Assembly: GCA_025808555.1 (NCBI GenBank)
Contig: CP075526.1
Coordinates: 696,712 to 760,711, forward strand
Direction: 5' to 3'
DNA length: 64,000 nucleotides
Origin: Anaerolineales bacterium
Lineage (GTDB): Bacteria > Chloroflexota > Anaerolineae > Anaerolineales > UBA11579
The notes beneath the pieces were generated by a model. The model did not search any database. It saw only the letters and a program-made list of their open reading frames with translations, and was not told the origin of the DNA. Below, one piece after another: positions 17,268 through 27,011 of this stretch. The translations under genes were made by a program, and so were the position numbers. How positions within the stretch are numbered: the first letter of the stretch is position 1; each line of letters opens with the position of its first letter.

Positions 17268-18227
17268 CTACCCTCTGGCCTGCAAGTTTTTCAGCGCATG
17301 CTGCAGATCAGCCGGCAGTGGTGCGCTAAAGGTGCGCATCTCGCTCTCACCCGGCAGCACCAGCCCCAGGCGAGCCGCATGCAAAAACTGGCGCTTGAGC
17401 GGCAAGCTGGGCTTGCGGCGGCCATACACCGTATCCCCCGCCACAGGGCAGCCAATAAAAGCCAGATGCACGCGGATCTGGTGCGTGCGGCCTGTGTGTA
17501 TATCCACTTCCAGCAGCGTGTGCTCGTCAAATTCCTCGACCGTGCGGTACTCGCTCACCGCCTCGCGGCCACGGCTGCTACTGGAGCGCACCACCGCCAT
17601 GCGCTTGCGCTCACGCGGGTCACGCCCGATGGCCGCCTCGATGCGGCCGGTGGGCGTGGTCGGCCGCCCATCTACCAGGGCGATGTAGGTCTTTTGAGCC
17701 TGGCGCTGCTGGAACTGGGCCTGCAGTGCGTGCTGGGCCGCGTCGTTCTTGGCCAGCACGATCAGGCCCGAGGTGTCCTTGTCCAGGCGGTGGACGAGGC
17801 CAGGGCGCAGCTCGCCGCCCACGCCTTCGATCTCGGGCGCGTGGGCCAGTGCAGCATTAATGAGCGTGCTGCGGTCATGCCCGGCAGCCGGGTGCACCAC
17901 CATGCCTGCTGGCTTGTTGACGATCAGCACATCATTGTTCTCAAAGACGACATCCAGCGGAATATTTTCTGGCACCAGCTGGCTGCGCGCGGCCGGCGGC
18001 ACGCGCACATCAACCTGCTCGCCGCCCTCAAGCTGCTGGCCGCTTTTGCTGGCTGGCTTCCCATTCACCAGCACCAGCCCATCCTTGATCAAGGCCTGCA
18101 GGCGGGCGCGTGAGAAGCCATCCAGTTGCTCAACCAGAAATTTATCCAGGCGCTGCACGCCGCCCTGGTTTTGGAAGGTATGGGTGATACCCGGCGGGCA
18201 GGTGTCCTCAGTTGGCGGGTTTGTCAT
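17268..18227 (-). CDS. rluD: RluA-family 23S rRNA pseudouridine synthase (RluD-like)
   Basis: S4 domain (RLDKFLVEQLDGFSRARLQALIKDGLVLVNG) plus catalytic HRLDKDTSGLIV. The start was placed at ATG 18227, which overlaps the lspA stop by 20 nt. Confidence 0.88.
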   Translation of the reverse strand: MTNPPTEDTCPPGITHTFQNQGGVQRLDKFLVEQLDGFSRARLQALIKDGLVLVNGKPASKSGQQLEGGEQVDVRVPPAARSQLVPENIPLDVVFENNDVLIVNKPAGMVVHPAAGHDRSTLINAALAHAPEIEGVGGELRPGLVHRLDKDTSGLIVLAKNDAAQHALQAQFQQRQAQKTYIALVDGRPTTPTGRIEAAIGRDPRERKRMAVVRSSSSRGREAVSEYRTVEEFDEHTLLEVDIHTGRTHQIRVHLAFIGCPVAGDTVYGRRKPSLPLKRQFLHAARLGLVLPGESEMRTFSAPLPADLQHALKNLQARG

Positions 18228-18750
18228 CGCCCTTGGCAGGCGCGCCGTGGGCCTGCTCCCTGCGCTCACGGTTGAAGAGAAGGTCCAGCAACAGCACCGC
18301 CACGCCACAGGTGATGCTGGCATCGGCAATGTTCCACACCGGGAAGCGGCCAATCGAAATGAAATCGGTCACATGGCCATGCTGCAGCCGGTCGATCAGG
18401 TTGCCCAGCGCCCCACCCAGCTGCAGGCTCATCGCCAGGCGCACAGCCCAATCGCCCGGCTCCAGGCGCGGGAAGTAGTACACGATCATGCCCGCCACCA
18501 GGATCGCCAGCACGGCGAAGATGCCGCCGGCGTTCTGGAACATGCCAAAGGCCGCGCCGGTGTTTTGCCAATGCACAATGCGCGCATACGGCGCCAGCTC
18601 CTCCCATGGCATCCAGGTCTGGCCATAGGCCAGGTTGGCGCGCACCCAGTTCTTGGTGAGCTGGTCAAGCACAATGAGGGTGCCGGAGATCAGCACCAGA
18701 GAGAAATAGCTGCGCAGGTTAATGCGGGGTTGCGGTGTGTTGGATGTCAT
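18208..18750 (-). CDS. lspA: lipoprotein signal peptidase II
   Basis: NTGAAFGMF and VTDFISIGRFPVWNIADASI are LspA blocks. Four TM helices. Confidence 0.9.
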   Translation of the reverse strand: MTSNTPQPRINLRSYFSLVLISGTLIVLDQLTKNWVRANLAYGQTWMPWEELAPYARIVHWQNTGAAFGMFQNAGGIFAVLAILVAGMIVYYFPRLEPGDWAVRLAMSLQLGGALGNLIDRLQHGHVTDFISIGRFPVWNIADASITCGVAVLLLDLLFNRERREQAHGAPAKGDDKPAN

Positions 18751-18798
18751 GAGCCCTCAAGCTGGGATGAAGCGCTATTCTACCCGTCACGGGGCGAG

Positions 18799-19956
18799 TC
18801 ACTTCTGGTCTTGCAAATATACGCGTGGCACGCGTGTATTGATGTTGGTGAGGATCTCATAGGGGATGGTGCCGGCCCAGCCGGCCAGGTCTTCGACCGT
18901 GATGCGCTCGTTGCCGCTCTGGCCTACCACAATGATCTCATCCTCGTTGAAGGCGGAGTCTTCTTCTATATTGACCATGAACTGGTCCATGCAAATGGTG
19001 CCCACCACCGGATAGCGTTGGCCCTTGATCAGCACCTGCGCCTTGCCAGACATCGCGCGGAAATAGCCATCGCCATAGCCCACCGGCACGGTGACCACCC
19101 GCACCGGGTGGTCGCTCTGCCAAGTCGAGCCGTAGCTCACCGGGTGGCCGGGCTGCACAACTTTGAAATACACAATGCGCGAAGACCAGGTGAGCGCCGG
19201 CCGCACAGCCACAGTCTGCTGAACCTGGGCGGAAGGATATACACCATACAGCAAGATGCCCGGCCGCACCATGTCCATCCAGCTTTCGGGCAACTGCAGC
19301 ACCGCGCCGGAGTTGGCCATGTGGCGCAGCGGCATTGGCAGGCTGCGCTTCTCATAGAAGCGCAGCACTTCCTGAAAGCGCTCCACTTGCAAACGAGCCG
19401 AACTCAGGTCTGCCGCGTCGGCATTGGCAAAGTGCGAGAAGATGCCCTCAACCTCAACATGCTTACACTGCAAGGTGGCTTCGAGCAAACTTTCGGCGTT
19501 GTAGTAGTGCACGCCAATACGCTCCATGCCCGTGTCGATCTTGAGGTGCACACGGGCGGTCACGCCGGCAGCCGCCGCGGCGGCCTCGACCTGCTCCAGT
19601 TTCTGGGTCGAAGATACCGTCAGGGTCAGATTGTGCTGCAGGAACAGCGGCGCCTGGCTGCCCAGAATGCCCCCCAGCACCAGGATCGGCGTGGTGATGC
19701 CCGCCTCGCGCAGCAGGATGCCTTCTTCGAGGTACGCCACGCCGATCGAGCCGACCCCCAGCTCTTGCATATATTGGCCCACCCGCACCAGGCCGTGCCC
19801 GTAGGCATTGGCTTTGAGGATTGGCATGACCCTGGCGCCGCCCACATGCGTCTGGATGGCCTGCAGGTTACTTTGCAGGCGATGCAGGTCCACCTGCACA
19901 TGCGTGGGGCGCAAGTCAGCGCTGGTGCTGATGGTGGGATGGTTGCTGATTTGCAT
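18799..19956 (-). CDS. alr: alanine racemase
   Basis: The PLP site is VMPILKANAYGHG, and the C-terminal block is YGDGY. Confidence 0.92.
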   Translation of the reverse strand: MQISNHPTISTSADLRPTHVQVDLHRLQSNLQAIQTHVGGARVMPILKANAYGHGLVRVGQYMQELGVGSIGVAYLEEGILLREAGITTPILVLGGILGSQAPLFLQHNLTLTVSSTQKLEQVEAAAAAAGVTARVHLKIDTGMERIGVHYYNAESLLEATLQCKHVEVEGIFSHFANADAADLSSARLQVERFQEVLRFYEKRSLPMPLRHMANSGAVLQLPESWMDMVRPGILLYGVYPSAQVQQTVAVRPALTWSSRIVYFKVVQPGHPVSYGSTWQSDHPVRVVTVPVGYGDGYFRAMSGKAQVLIKGQRYPVVGTICMDQFMVNIEEDSAFNEDEIIVVGQSGNERITVEDLAGWAGTIPYEILTNINTRVPRVYLQDQK

Positions 19957-20096
19957 GCAGGTGAATTCTATCTGTGAAGGACATCATCTTGGGGATTGCT
20001 TCGCCCGCCTGCAGCGGGCTCGCAAGGACGGCGATGGGTCGTCTTTGCGAGGAGGGCTGCACAAAGTGCAGCCGACGAAGCAATCTCCAACATAGG

Positions 20097-21578
20097 TCAG
20101 TTCCGGCCGGCGCGCACACGCTGGCGGGCAAAGGCCAGGGCCGCGGCCCGGTCAGGCACATTGCCCATGGCCTGGGCCTCGCGCAGCGCCTCCAGGATCT
20201 CGCCCACCTTGCGGCCCGGCTTGAGGCCCAGCTCGTTCATCAGGTCATTGCCATTGAGCAGCACCGGCGGTGAGACGATCTCATCGGCCAGCTCATAGTA
20301 GCCCTCCAGCAGGGCGCGCAAAGTATCCAGCGTGGCGGTGAGCTCCTTCTCGTCCACGGCAGGGCCGCGCTTGCCAAGCTGGTCGGCCAGCGAGAGCAGG
20401 CAGATGTCCACGCCGGCCGCGCCGGCGTCACGAAAGTAACGATAGATGGCGCGGCGACTGGGCGGCTTGCCTGTGTGGGTCAGCAGGAAGGGGCGCATGT
20501 GGTGCGCCACAATCGTACGCAGCAGTTGGGTCTCGTCGCTGCTCAGGTGCATGGCCTGGGCGCGCTCCTCGATCAGCTCGGCGCCGCGTGCTTCATGCTC
20601 AAAGAAGCGGATGCGTCCGTTGGGATCCACCGTGCGGGCCAGCGCCTTGCCGGCATCATGCAGCAGGGCGGCCAGCAGCAGCAGGCCACGCCGCGGGCGG
20701 CCAGGCACCAGCTCAGCCGCCAGGTGCTGGCTGATCTGGCCGCGGTAACGGCCAAGGCGCAGCACGGTCAGCCCGCTGACCAGCTCCCCCACCCCATCCG
20801 CCGGATAGTTTTCATCCAGCGCGCTGAAGACCAGGCCCAGCTTGTCTACGACGTGCAGACTGTGATTCCACACATCGTAGATGTGCGGCGGCGATTGCTC
20901 CAGACCTTTGAGCGGCTCAAGCTCGGGAAACAGTACCGACAACGCGCCGAACACATCCAGCGCACGCAGTGAGGCGGCGGGCTTGGGCGCCAACAGCAGG
21001 CGGAAGATCTCATCCCGCCGGCGCTCCGGCGAGACCTGGGCCAGCTGCGGCACAGCAGCGCGCAGGGCGGCGCGTGTGTCCGGCTCCATTTGCAAGCCGA
21101 AGGCAGCCGCCATGCGCACGGCGCGCAGGATGCGCACCGGATCGTTGGCAAAGGCCAACGATCCGCCCATACGCAAGCGCTTGGCGCGCAGGTCGGCTGC
21201 GCCGCCCAGCGGGTCATGCAGGGCTGAGTCGTGCAGACTGAGCGCCATAGCGTTAATGGTGAAATCACGCCCGGCCAGGTCTTCCTCCAGGCTGGCGCCC
21301 TGCTGGGCGACAAAGTCGAGCGCGGCGCCATGGTCCGGCAGCAGCACGCGGCCAGCATCGCGCTCGGCGTCCAGCGCGTAGAAGCTGCCGCCGAGCGCAT
21401 CGGCCACCTTGCGCGCCAAGGGGATGGCGCGGCCCGGCACGACAAAATCGAGATCGTGCACGGCGCGGTTGAGCAGCAGGTCGCGCACCGCGCCGCCCAC
21501 CAGGTACAGCGGCTGATCAGGTGGCACGGCGGCGCGCACTTGTTGCACCAGTGGCGGCAGTTGAGGAAAACCGGTCAT
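20097..21578 (-). CDS. cca: CCA tRNA nucleotidyltransferase / poly(A) polymerase family with HD domain
   Basis: GGAVRDLLLNRAVHDLDFVV, RDFTINAM, and the HD region LLAALLHDAGK. Confidence 0.85.
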   Translation of the reverse strand: MTGFPQLPPLVQQVRAAVPPDQPLYLVGGAVRDLLLNRAVHDLDFVVPGRAIPLARKVADALGGSFYALDAERDAGRVLLPDHGAALDFVAQQGASLEEDLAGRDFTINAMALSLHDSALHDPLGGAADLRAKRLRMGGSLAFANDPVRILRAVRMAAAFGLQMEPDTRAALRAAVPQLAQVSPERRRDEIFRLLLAPKPAASLRALDVFGALSVLFPELEPLKGLEQSPPHIYDVWNHSLHVVDKLGLVFSALDENYPADGVGELVSGLTVLRLGRYRGQISQHLAAELVPGRPRRGLLLLAALLHDAGKALARTVDPNGRIRFFEHEARGAELIEERAQAMHLSSDETQLLRTIVAHHMRPFLLTHTGKPPSRRAIYRYFRDAGAAGVDICLLSLADQLGKRGPAVDEKELTATLDTLRALLEGYYELADEIVSPPVLLNGNDLMNELGLKPGRKVGEILEALREAQAMGNVPDRAAALAFARQRVRAGRN

Positions 21579-21621
21579 GAGCTAAGTCTAGCGTACGCGT
21601 TCCCTCTGGAGCGCTACTAGT

Positions 21622-22191
21622 CTATTCAGCAGCTTTGTACTTACTGGTATCGACCACGCCGATAAAGGGCAGATTGCGGTAGTACTCATCCAGATCAAGC
21701 CCATAGCCAAAAACGAACTTGGTAGGGATGACGAAGCCGGTGTAATCAATCTGCACTTCCGTCTGGCGCAATTCCGGCTTGTCGAGCAGGCTGCAGACTT
21801 TGAGGCTAGCAGGGTTGCGGGATTGCAGCAGAGCCAGCACCGAGGCGATCGTGTTGCCGCTGTCCACAATGTCCTCAACCAGCACCACATTACGCCCGGC
21901 AATGTCCATGCTCAGGTCCATGGTGATGCGCACCTGGCCGCTGCTCTCCCGCGCCCCGGCGCCATAGGAGGAGACGGCCATAAAATCCATCATGTGCGGG
22001 GCGCCGATGTGGCGCACCAGGTCAGTGAGGAACATGACCCCGCCTCGCAGAATGCAGATGAGCACCAGATCGCGGCCGGCATAATCCTGGCTGATCTGAG
22101 CGCCTAGTTCTTTGATGCGGGTTTGCAGCTGCTCTTCGGTGATCAGCACCTCAGACAGCAGGTCGGCATAGGGCGGCGGGAGCTGCGGCAT
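21622..22191 (-). CDS. hpt: hypoxanthine phosphoribosyltransferase
   Basis: The PRPP loop is NVVLVEDIVDSGNT, with flanking Hpt blocks (LICILRGG). Confidence 0.92.
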   Translation of the reverse strand: MPQLPPPYADLLSEVLITEEQLQTRIKELGAQISQDYAGRDLVLICILRGGVMFLTDLVRHIGAPHMMDFMAVSSYGAGARESSGQVRITMDLSMDIAGRNVVLVEDIVDSGNTIASVLALLQSRNPASLKVCSLLDKPELRQTEVQIDYTGFVIPTKFVFGYGLDLDEYYRNLPFIGVVDTSKYKAAE

Positions 22192-22193
22192 GG

Positions 22194-22763
22194 TTAGTTG
22201 GGCACCTCGTGGTGGGCACGGCAGCGCGCTTCGTACATTTCAGAGGCGCCGACGATAACAATGGGGTCATTGTAGTTGGCGGGGCGGCCGTTCACCAAGC
22301 GCTGGGTACGGCTGGCATCCCGCCCGCACACCATGCAAATGGCGTGCAGCTTGTCCACCCGCTCGGCCTGAGCGGTGAGCACCGGCATGCTGCCGAAGGG
22401 CTCGCCGCGGAAATCGGTATCGAGCCCGGCGACGATGACGCGGAGGCCACTCTCGGCCAGGTATTTGGCGATGGCCACGATTTCCTCATCCAGAAATTGG
22501 GCCTCGTCTATCCCCACCACGGTGGTGGCGGGCTGCAGCTGGGCACGGATGTCGGCGGCCTTTTCGATGGCAACGGCATCGAATTCATTGCCGGCGTGGG
22601 AGACGACCTTGCTTTCGGCGTAACGGTCATCCAGAGCAGGCTTGAATACCTGGATGTGCTGATTGGCGATCTTGGCGCGGCGCAGGCGGCGGATCAGTTC
22701 GTCAGATTTGCCGCAGAACATCGAGCCGGTGATGACTTCCAGTGAGCCGGTTTGGGTTTCCAT
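22194..22763 (-). CDS. tdk: thymidine kinase
   Basis: P-loop [11 protein letters not shown] and the C-terminal zinc ribbon [13 protein letters not shown]...EARCRAHH. The start was placed at METQTG (22763). Confidence 0.9.
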   Translation of the reverse strand: METQTGSLEVITGSMFCGKSDELIRRLRRAKIANQHIQVFKPALDDRYAESKVVSHAGNEFDAVAIEKAADIRAQLQPATTVVGIDEAQFLDEEIVAIAKYLAESGLRVIVAGLDTDFRGEPFGSMPVLTAQAERVDKLHAICMVCGRDASRTQRLVNGRPANYNDPIVIVGASEMYEARCRAHHEVPN

Positions 22764-22876
22764 TTGCACCTCAACAGTTGTGAAGGGAGTGCGCCACAAA
22801 CCGTGGCTTTGGCGCTTATTGTAGAACAACTCCGCGCGGGATGCCACGCAAAGTTGGGCAGACCGGAATCTTTAAA

Positions 22877-22907
22877 CAAAAAAGCGCTCCCGTGCGGGAG
22901 CGCTTTT
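22877..22907. terminator. intrinsic terminator downstream of rpmE
   Basis: AAAAAAGCGCTCCC-gtgc-GGGAGCGCTTTT. On the minus strand it is followed by a T run. Confidence 0.8.
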
Positions 22908-22921
22908 GAATTGCTACGGAG

Positions 22922-23416
22922 TTATTCAGCCGCTTCGGCTTCAGCCTCGGGCTCGGTGTCGCTGCCTTCGGGCAGGGCGAAACCGGCGCGCTTGAGAGCC
23001 TTCTTGGTGTCGGCCAGACCCTTGCGGCCAACGCCATCCAGCGCCAGCAGAGCTTGGTCGCCGCCTTGCAGCTTCTCGACGAATTGGCCGGCGGTCTCGA
23101 TGCCGGCGGCCTTGTAGGCCTCCAGCGTCTTCTTGGTGAGTTCGAACTCAGCCAGCGGGCGGGTGGGCGAGGTCTTGGCCGCGGTGGCGGCGTCGCGGGT
23201 CTTCTTGTACTCGGTGCGCACTTCCAAGCGCTTGTAGAAGCGGTCCACCTGGCCTTCGGTGTCAACGATGCGCTGCTCACCGGTGTAGAAGGGGTGGCAG
23301 TTGGAGCAAATGTCTACGCGGATCTCGGCCTTGGTGGAGCCGGTGGTCCAGCTGTTGCCGCAAGCGCAAATCACTTTGGCTTCGGTGTAGTACTTGGGAT
23401 GGATCTCAGCCTTCAT
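22922..23416 (-). CDS. rpmE: 50S ribosomal protein L31 with ~95-aa C-terminal helix-hairpin-helix-like extension
   Basis: [46 protein letters not shown] is canonical L31 (CxxC type). An extra tail contains [16 protein letters not shown]...[24 protein letters not shown]. Confidence 0.9.
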   Translation of the reverse strand: MKAEIHPKYYTEAKVICACGNSWTTGSTKAEIRVDICSNCHPFYTGEQRIVDTEGQVDRFYKRLEVRTEYKKTRDAATAAKTSPTRPLAEFELTKKTLEAYKAAGIETAGQFVEKLQGGDQALLALDGVGRKGLADTKKALKRAGFALPEGSDTEPEAEAEAAE

Positions 23417-23457
23417 TGTTTCCTTTCAACGCCATGCTGCGGCGCTTCAATTGATAT

Positions 23458-23721
23458 TTACTTGGCCTCAGCCGGCTGTACGCTTACGCGCTTGCGGCCA
23501 TTGGCCACCGTCTCGAAGACGACCTGGCCGTCAATGGTGGCGAAGATGGTGTGATCCTTGCCCAGGCCTACGTTCTGGCCGGGGTGGATCTTGGTGCCGC
23601 GTTGGCGCACCAGAATGTTGCCAGCTTTCACCTGCTCGCCGCCAAACTTCTTGACGCCCAGGCGCTGGGAGTGGCTGTCTCGTCCGTTGCGGCTGGAACC
23701 GCCGCCCTTTTTATGTGCCAT
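23458..23721 (-). CDS. rpmA: 50S ribosomal protein L27
   Basis: [29 protein letters not shown]. Confidence 0.97.
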   Translation of the reverse strand: MAHKKGGGSSRNGRDSHSQRLGVKKFGGEQVKAGNILVRQRGTKIHPGQNVGLGKDHTIFATIDGQVVFETVANGRKRVSVQPAEAK

Positions 23722-23739
23722 CTGTCATCTACTCCAAAC

Positions 23740-24198
23740 TTATTTCTTCTTTGCGGTCTTCTTGGCCGCAGTCTTCTTGGCTACCGTTTTCTTGGCGGCA
23801 ACCTTCTTGGCAGCGGGCTTGCGCTTGGCCGCAGCCTTCGGCGCGGCGGCTTCCTGCTTGGCAGGCTTGCTGCGCGTTTCGCCAGCAATGTCAATGCTGT
23901 CGATCATCAGGCGGGTCAGCTTCTGGCGGTGGCCAGTCTTGACGCGGTAGCGGATCTTGGGCTTGTACTTGAAGACCGTGATCTTGGGACCCTGGGCGTC
24001 GTCCACTACCGTGGCGGCCACTTTGGCGCCGGCCACTGTGGGCGTACCCACCAGGATATTGTCGCCATCGGAGATCAGCAGTACCTGCTCAATTTCGATC
24101 TGTTTGCCAGCTTCCTGGGCAACCAGATCCACCTCAATGGTTTCACCTTCCACGGCTTTGTACTGCTTGCCGCCGCTCTCAATAATTGCGTACCGCAT
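23740..24198 (-). CDS. rplU: 50S ribosomal protein L21 with Lys/Ala-rich C-terminal tail
   Basis: [24 protein letters not shown] is the canonical L21 start, so the track ORF start at 24369 is too far upstream. The tail is [30 protein letters not shown]. Confidence 0.93.
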   Translation of the reverse strand: MRYAIIESGGKQYKAVEGETIEVDLVAQEAGKQIEIEQVLLISDGDNILVGTPTVAGAKVAATVVDDAQGPKITVFKYKPKIRYRVKTGHRQKLTRLMIDSIDIAGETRSKPAKQEAAAPKAAAKRKPAAKKVAAKKTVAKKTAAKKTAKKK

Positions 24199-24390
24199 CA
24201 ACCTATCTCCAACTTTCAAGAATAAGCCCCAGCATTTCGCCGGGGCCGAAATCGTGTAAACACGATGCCCAGTAGGCGGTGCATTATACGAGCAGAAGCC
24301 CCCAACTGTCAACGGCGCGGCCTGGGGCCAGGGCTTATGGGTTGGGCGGGTTTCCCCGGCCAGGGCCAAGGCCGAACATATGTGCAGCCG

Positions 24391-25008
24391 CTAACGCATG
24401 GTGGCCGCGGCATAGATGGTGAAGGTGGACACGAACCAGTGGATGAGAAAGGGATAAAGGAAGGAGCGGGTGCGCCAGGCCACCAGGCCAAAAAGGACCC
24501 CGCCGAACAGGGTGGAGTAGGTTTCGACGGCGGGTTTGCTGATATGGGCCAGGGCGAAGGGTACCGAGGCGAGCCAGAGGGCGTTGGCGCCGAAAAAGCG
24601 GGCGTAGCCGAAGAGCAGAAAGCCGCGGAAGAAGAACTCCCAGCCGATAAGATCGAGAAAAGTGTAGATGGCGGCGGCCGGGCCGCTTTGGTGGGCGTAG
24701 TAGGCGACCATGTTGGGGTCGTTGCGGCCGACGAACCAGAGGATGGGCGCGCCAATTGCGACCACCAGGCCGGTGAGGGCCAGGCCGGCGCGCCAATCGC
24801 CAAGTTGGAAGCCGTACTCGCCCACCGGGCGGCGGAAGGCAAAGATAATGATGCCGAGCGGGATGATGAGGTACAGCGCCACACGGTCGATGACCTTGAT
24901 GGGGGTGAGGCGCTCGTAATAGTCGATCATGAGCAGCAGCGTGCTGACGATGGTGAGGGCGACCACCTCGCGGTCAAACTTGACATTGAAATCGAAGAGT
25001 TTTTTCAT
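24391..25008 (-). CDS. CPBP family intramembrane glutamic endopeptidase (CAAX protease family)
   Basis: The EExxxR-type motif is GWEFFFRGFLLF, with a later FALAH and a further His. The protein is polytopic. ATG 25008 sits 1 nt after the upstream stop. Confidence 0.75.
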   Translation of the reverse strand: MKKLFDFNVKFDREVVALTIVSTLLLMIDYYERLTPIKVIDRVALYLIIPLGIIIFAFRRPVGEYGFQLGDWRAGLALTGLVVAIGAPILWFVGRNDPNMVAYYAHQSGPAAAIYTFLDLIGWEFFFRGFLLFGYARFFGANALWLASVPFALAHISKPAVETYSTLFGGVLFGLVAWRTRSFLYPFLIHWFVSTFTIYAAATMR

Positions 25009-25009
25009 G

Positions 25010-26464
25010 CTAGTAGGAGAAGCCAGCATGGTTGCCATCCGGCCCGAAGAGTTGGGCCAGTTTGGCAGCGTCGCGGTGCAGCTCCAGACCCCAATTCAAC
25101 CACAGCAACGCGACGAGCAGCCCGGCAGCTACGACGCGAGGGGCACTGCGGCTGGCTTGCGCCAACAGCTCACGACGTTGTGACCAAGCATGGCCTGCAT
25201 AGACGGCCAGCACCGGCAGGATGGCAAGATGGAAACGGTCCTCCGCCATGAGGAGCATGTGAGGCACGATGTACCCTGCCAGCAGAAGAAGCACCAGCGT
25301 GTGTGCACGCGTGCTGCGAGCGAATGAAAAGCCAAGCGCGGCAAGGGTGGCGATGATAGGGAACGGCAGCGTGAAGAGCAGGAAAACGCCAACCAACGGC
25401 ACGGTTGGAATGCTGCCGAAGAAGTTGTTGGTATAGAAATAACTGATGGCGCGGCGCTCGAGGCCAAAAAAGTAGCCGAGCTTGCTGGCCATGAGACTTG
25501 GTACGCGGCCGGGGTCTTCTTTTATATAGTCGAGCGCCATTTGCGTACCGCGCGTGTTGCGTTCGCCGTCGTCGAGATAGGGCAAGAGCTCCAGCGAGAT
25601 GCCGTACTGGAAGGTTCCGGTGCCCTGCGGGTGGTAGCCCATGTGCAGGTTATAGCCCATCGAATTCTCGACGAAGGTGAACTGACCTTCGAGCAGGGTA
25701 TTGCGTATCGTCCAGGGCAGCACGAGCGCCAGCACGGCCGCGCCGTACAAAAATGCGCCGCGCACGTTGCGCAGGCCGAACAGGATCCAGAGACCGGCCA
25801 GGCCGGCGAAGGCGAAGATGACCGAACGGGTCAGCGTGGCAATGCCGAGGATAAGGCCGGCCAACAGCCAGTCACGGGCGCGCTGCTTCTCGGCAGCGCG
25901 CAGCAGGGCCAGCAGGCCGCCGAGCACCAGCGGGAAGAACAGGTTCTCTGTGGCGAGGGCCAGCGGATAGATGAGCAGCATCGGATAGGCGGCCAGCGCC
26001 AGCCCGGCGAAGCGGGCGACGCGCTCGTCATCGGGAAACAGGCGGCGGGCGAGGGCAAAGGTGAGCGGCGCCAGCAGCGCGCCGAGGGCGGCGTTGGCCA
26101 GGCGGGCGGCGAACAGGCGCCACTCCAGCCCGCTGAGGGTGTAGACGCCGGCGAGCAGGAAGGGATAGGCCGGGGCACGGAAGGAGGTCTCGATGCCACG
26201 CGGGTCATAGTCGGGCGCAATGAAGTCTATGTCGATGTAGCTGCGCATCAGGTCCAGGTCGGGCTGGGCGTACCAGCGGTAGCCCTGGCCGGCGGCGAGG
26301 CTGCGGCCAAGCATGTCGTACTGGAACATGTCATCGAGCCCGATGGGCAGGTTGATGGCGGCGATGACGGGGATGAGGCGCAGGATGAGGGCGAGGAGGA
26401 ACAGGCCTGCGGGCGAGAAGAGTTTGGGGAGGCGCATGGAATGGGCGGAATTATATGCTGGCAT
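25010..26464 (-). CDS. glycosyltransferase family 39 (ArnT/PMT-like) membrane protein
   Basis: About 12 TM helices, with an N-terminal loop PIGLDDMFQYD resembling the GT-C DxD/ExD loop. The start could instead be 26437. Confidence 0.6.
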   Translation of the reverse strand: MPAYNSAHSMRLPKLFSPAGLFLLALILRLIPVIAAINLPIGLDDMFQYDMLGRSLAAGQGYRWYAQPDLDLMRSYIDIDFIAPDYDPRGIETSFRAPAYPFLLAGVYTLSGLEWRLFAARLANAALGALLAPLTFALARRLFPDDERVARFAGLALAAYPMLLIYPLALATENLFFPLVLGGLLALLRAAEKQRARDWLLAGLILGIATLTRSVIFAFAGLAGLWILFGLRNVRGAFLYGAAVLALVLPWTIRNTLLEGQFTFVENSMGYNLHMGYHPQGTGTFQYGISLELLPYLDDGERNTRGTQMALDYIKEDPGRVPSLMASKLGYFFGLERRAISYFYTNNFFGSIPTVPLVGVFLLFTLPFPIIATLAALGFSFARSTRAHTLVLLLLAGYIVPHMLLMAEDRFHLAILPVLAVYAGHAWSQRRELLAQASRSAPRVVAAGLLVALLWLNWGLELHRDAAKLAQLFGPDGNHAGFSY

Positions 26465-26476
26465 CGGGCCATGGTT

Positions 26477-26782
26477 GCAGATAACTATTAATAATCATGT
26501 CGTTTTTGGCCCCCATATGAATGGTCAAGTTAAAACATTTGCCGTGTTTTCCAGCAGGATTTAGCCCGTAGCTACGGGAAATGTACTTAATGTATTAATT
26601 GTTTTAATAGTTTTAACCTCGTTCGTTTGCTGAGTGGCTGTTTCTTGTTTTTTTGTGCTAGCGGAGCGGAGCGCTCAAGCATGGCGAGGTTATAGCAGGG
26701 TATGTGGGCTGGTGGGTGGATTGGGGTGTAGTGTCAAGGGAGAGGAGTGGACGCAGTAGCTTGCTGCAAGCAGCGTACGCCT
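26477..26782. repeat. right copy of the inverted repeat
   Basis: See the left copy. Identity between the blocks is much lower (estimated by eye). Confidence 0.8.
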
Positions 26783-27011
26783 CGACGCTTCAGGATTCGT
26801 TGTTTCAGCCAGCTTGCCAGAGCGAATACGCGCCGCAAATGCCCTTCGCTGCGCTCAGGGCGACACGGTTCTGGAACTGGCTCTTGCTGGCGAATACGCG
26901 TAGCGAGGATCCCTCGCTTCGCTCAGGATGCACATTTTACGATTACGGCTTGAACAAGCTGTAAAATCCCTGTGCGAGATCATGCTGACAATAGAAGGAC
27001 CGCAGAGAGCG

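Noticed and set aside
17749-19977. 742-aa plus-strand ORF spanning rluD, lspA and alr
   Set aside because: It is antisense to three well-supported genes and crosses their boundaries. Its composition is low-complexity (R/A/G/H/L), with no SD and no motif.
17236-26476. IR-flanked 9.2-kb block as a composite transposon or genomic island
   Set aside because: The content is purely core housekeeping (ribosomal proteins, alr, lspA, hpt, tdk). There is no transposase or integrase. The repeats are strongly diverged, and I saw no obvious compositional shift.
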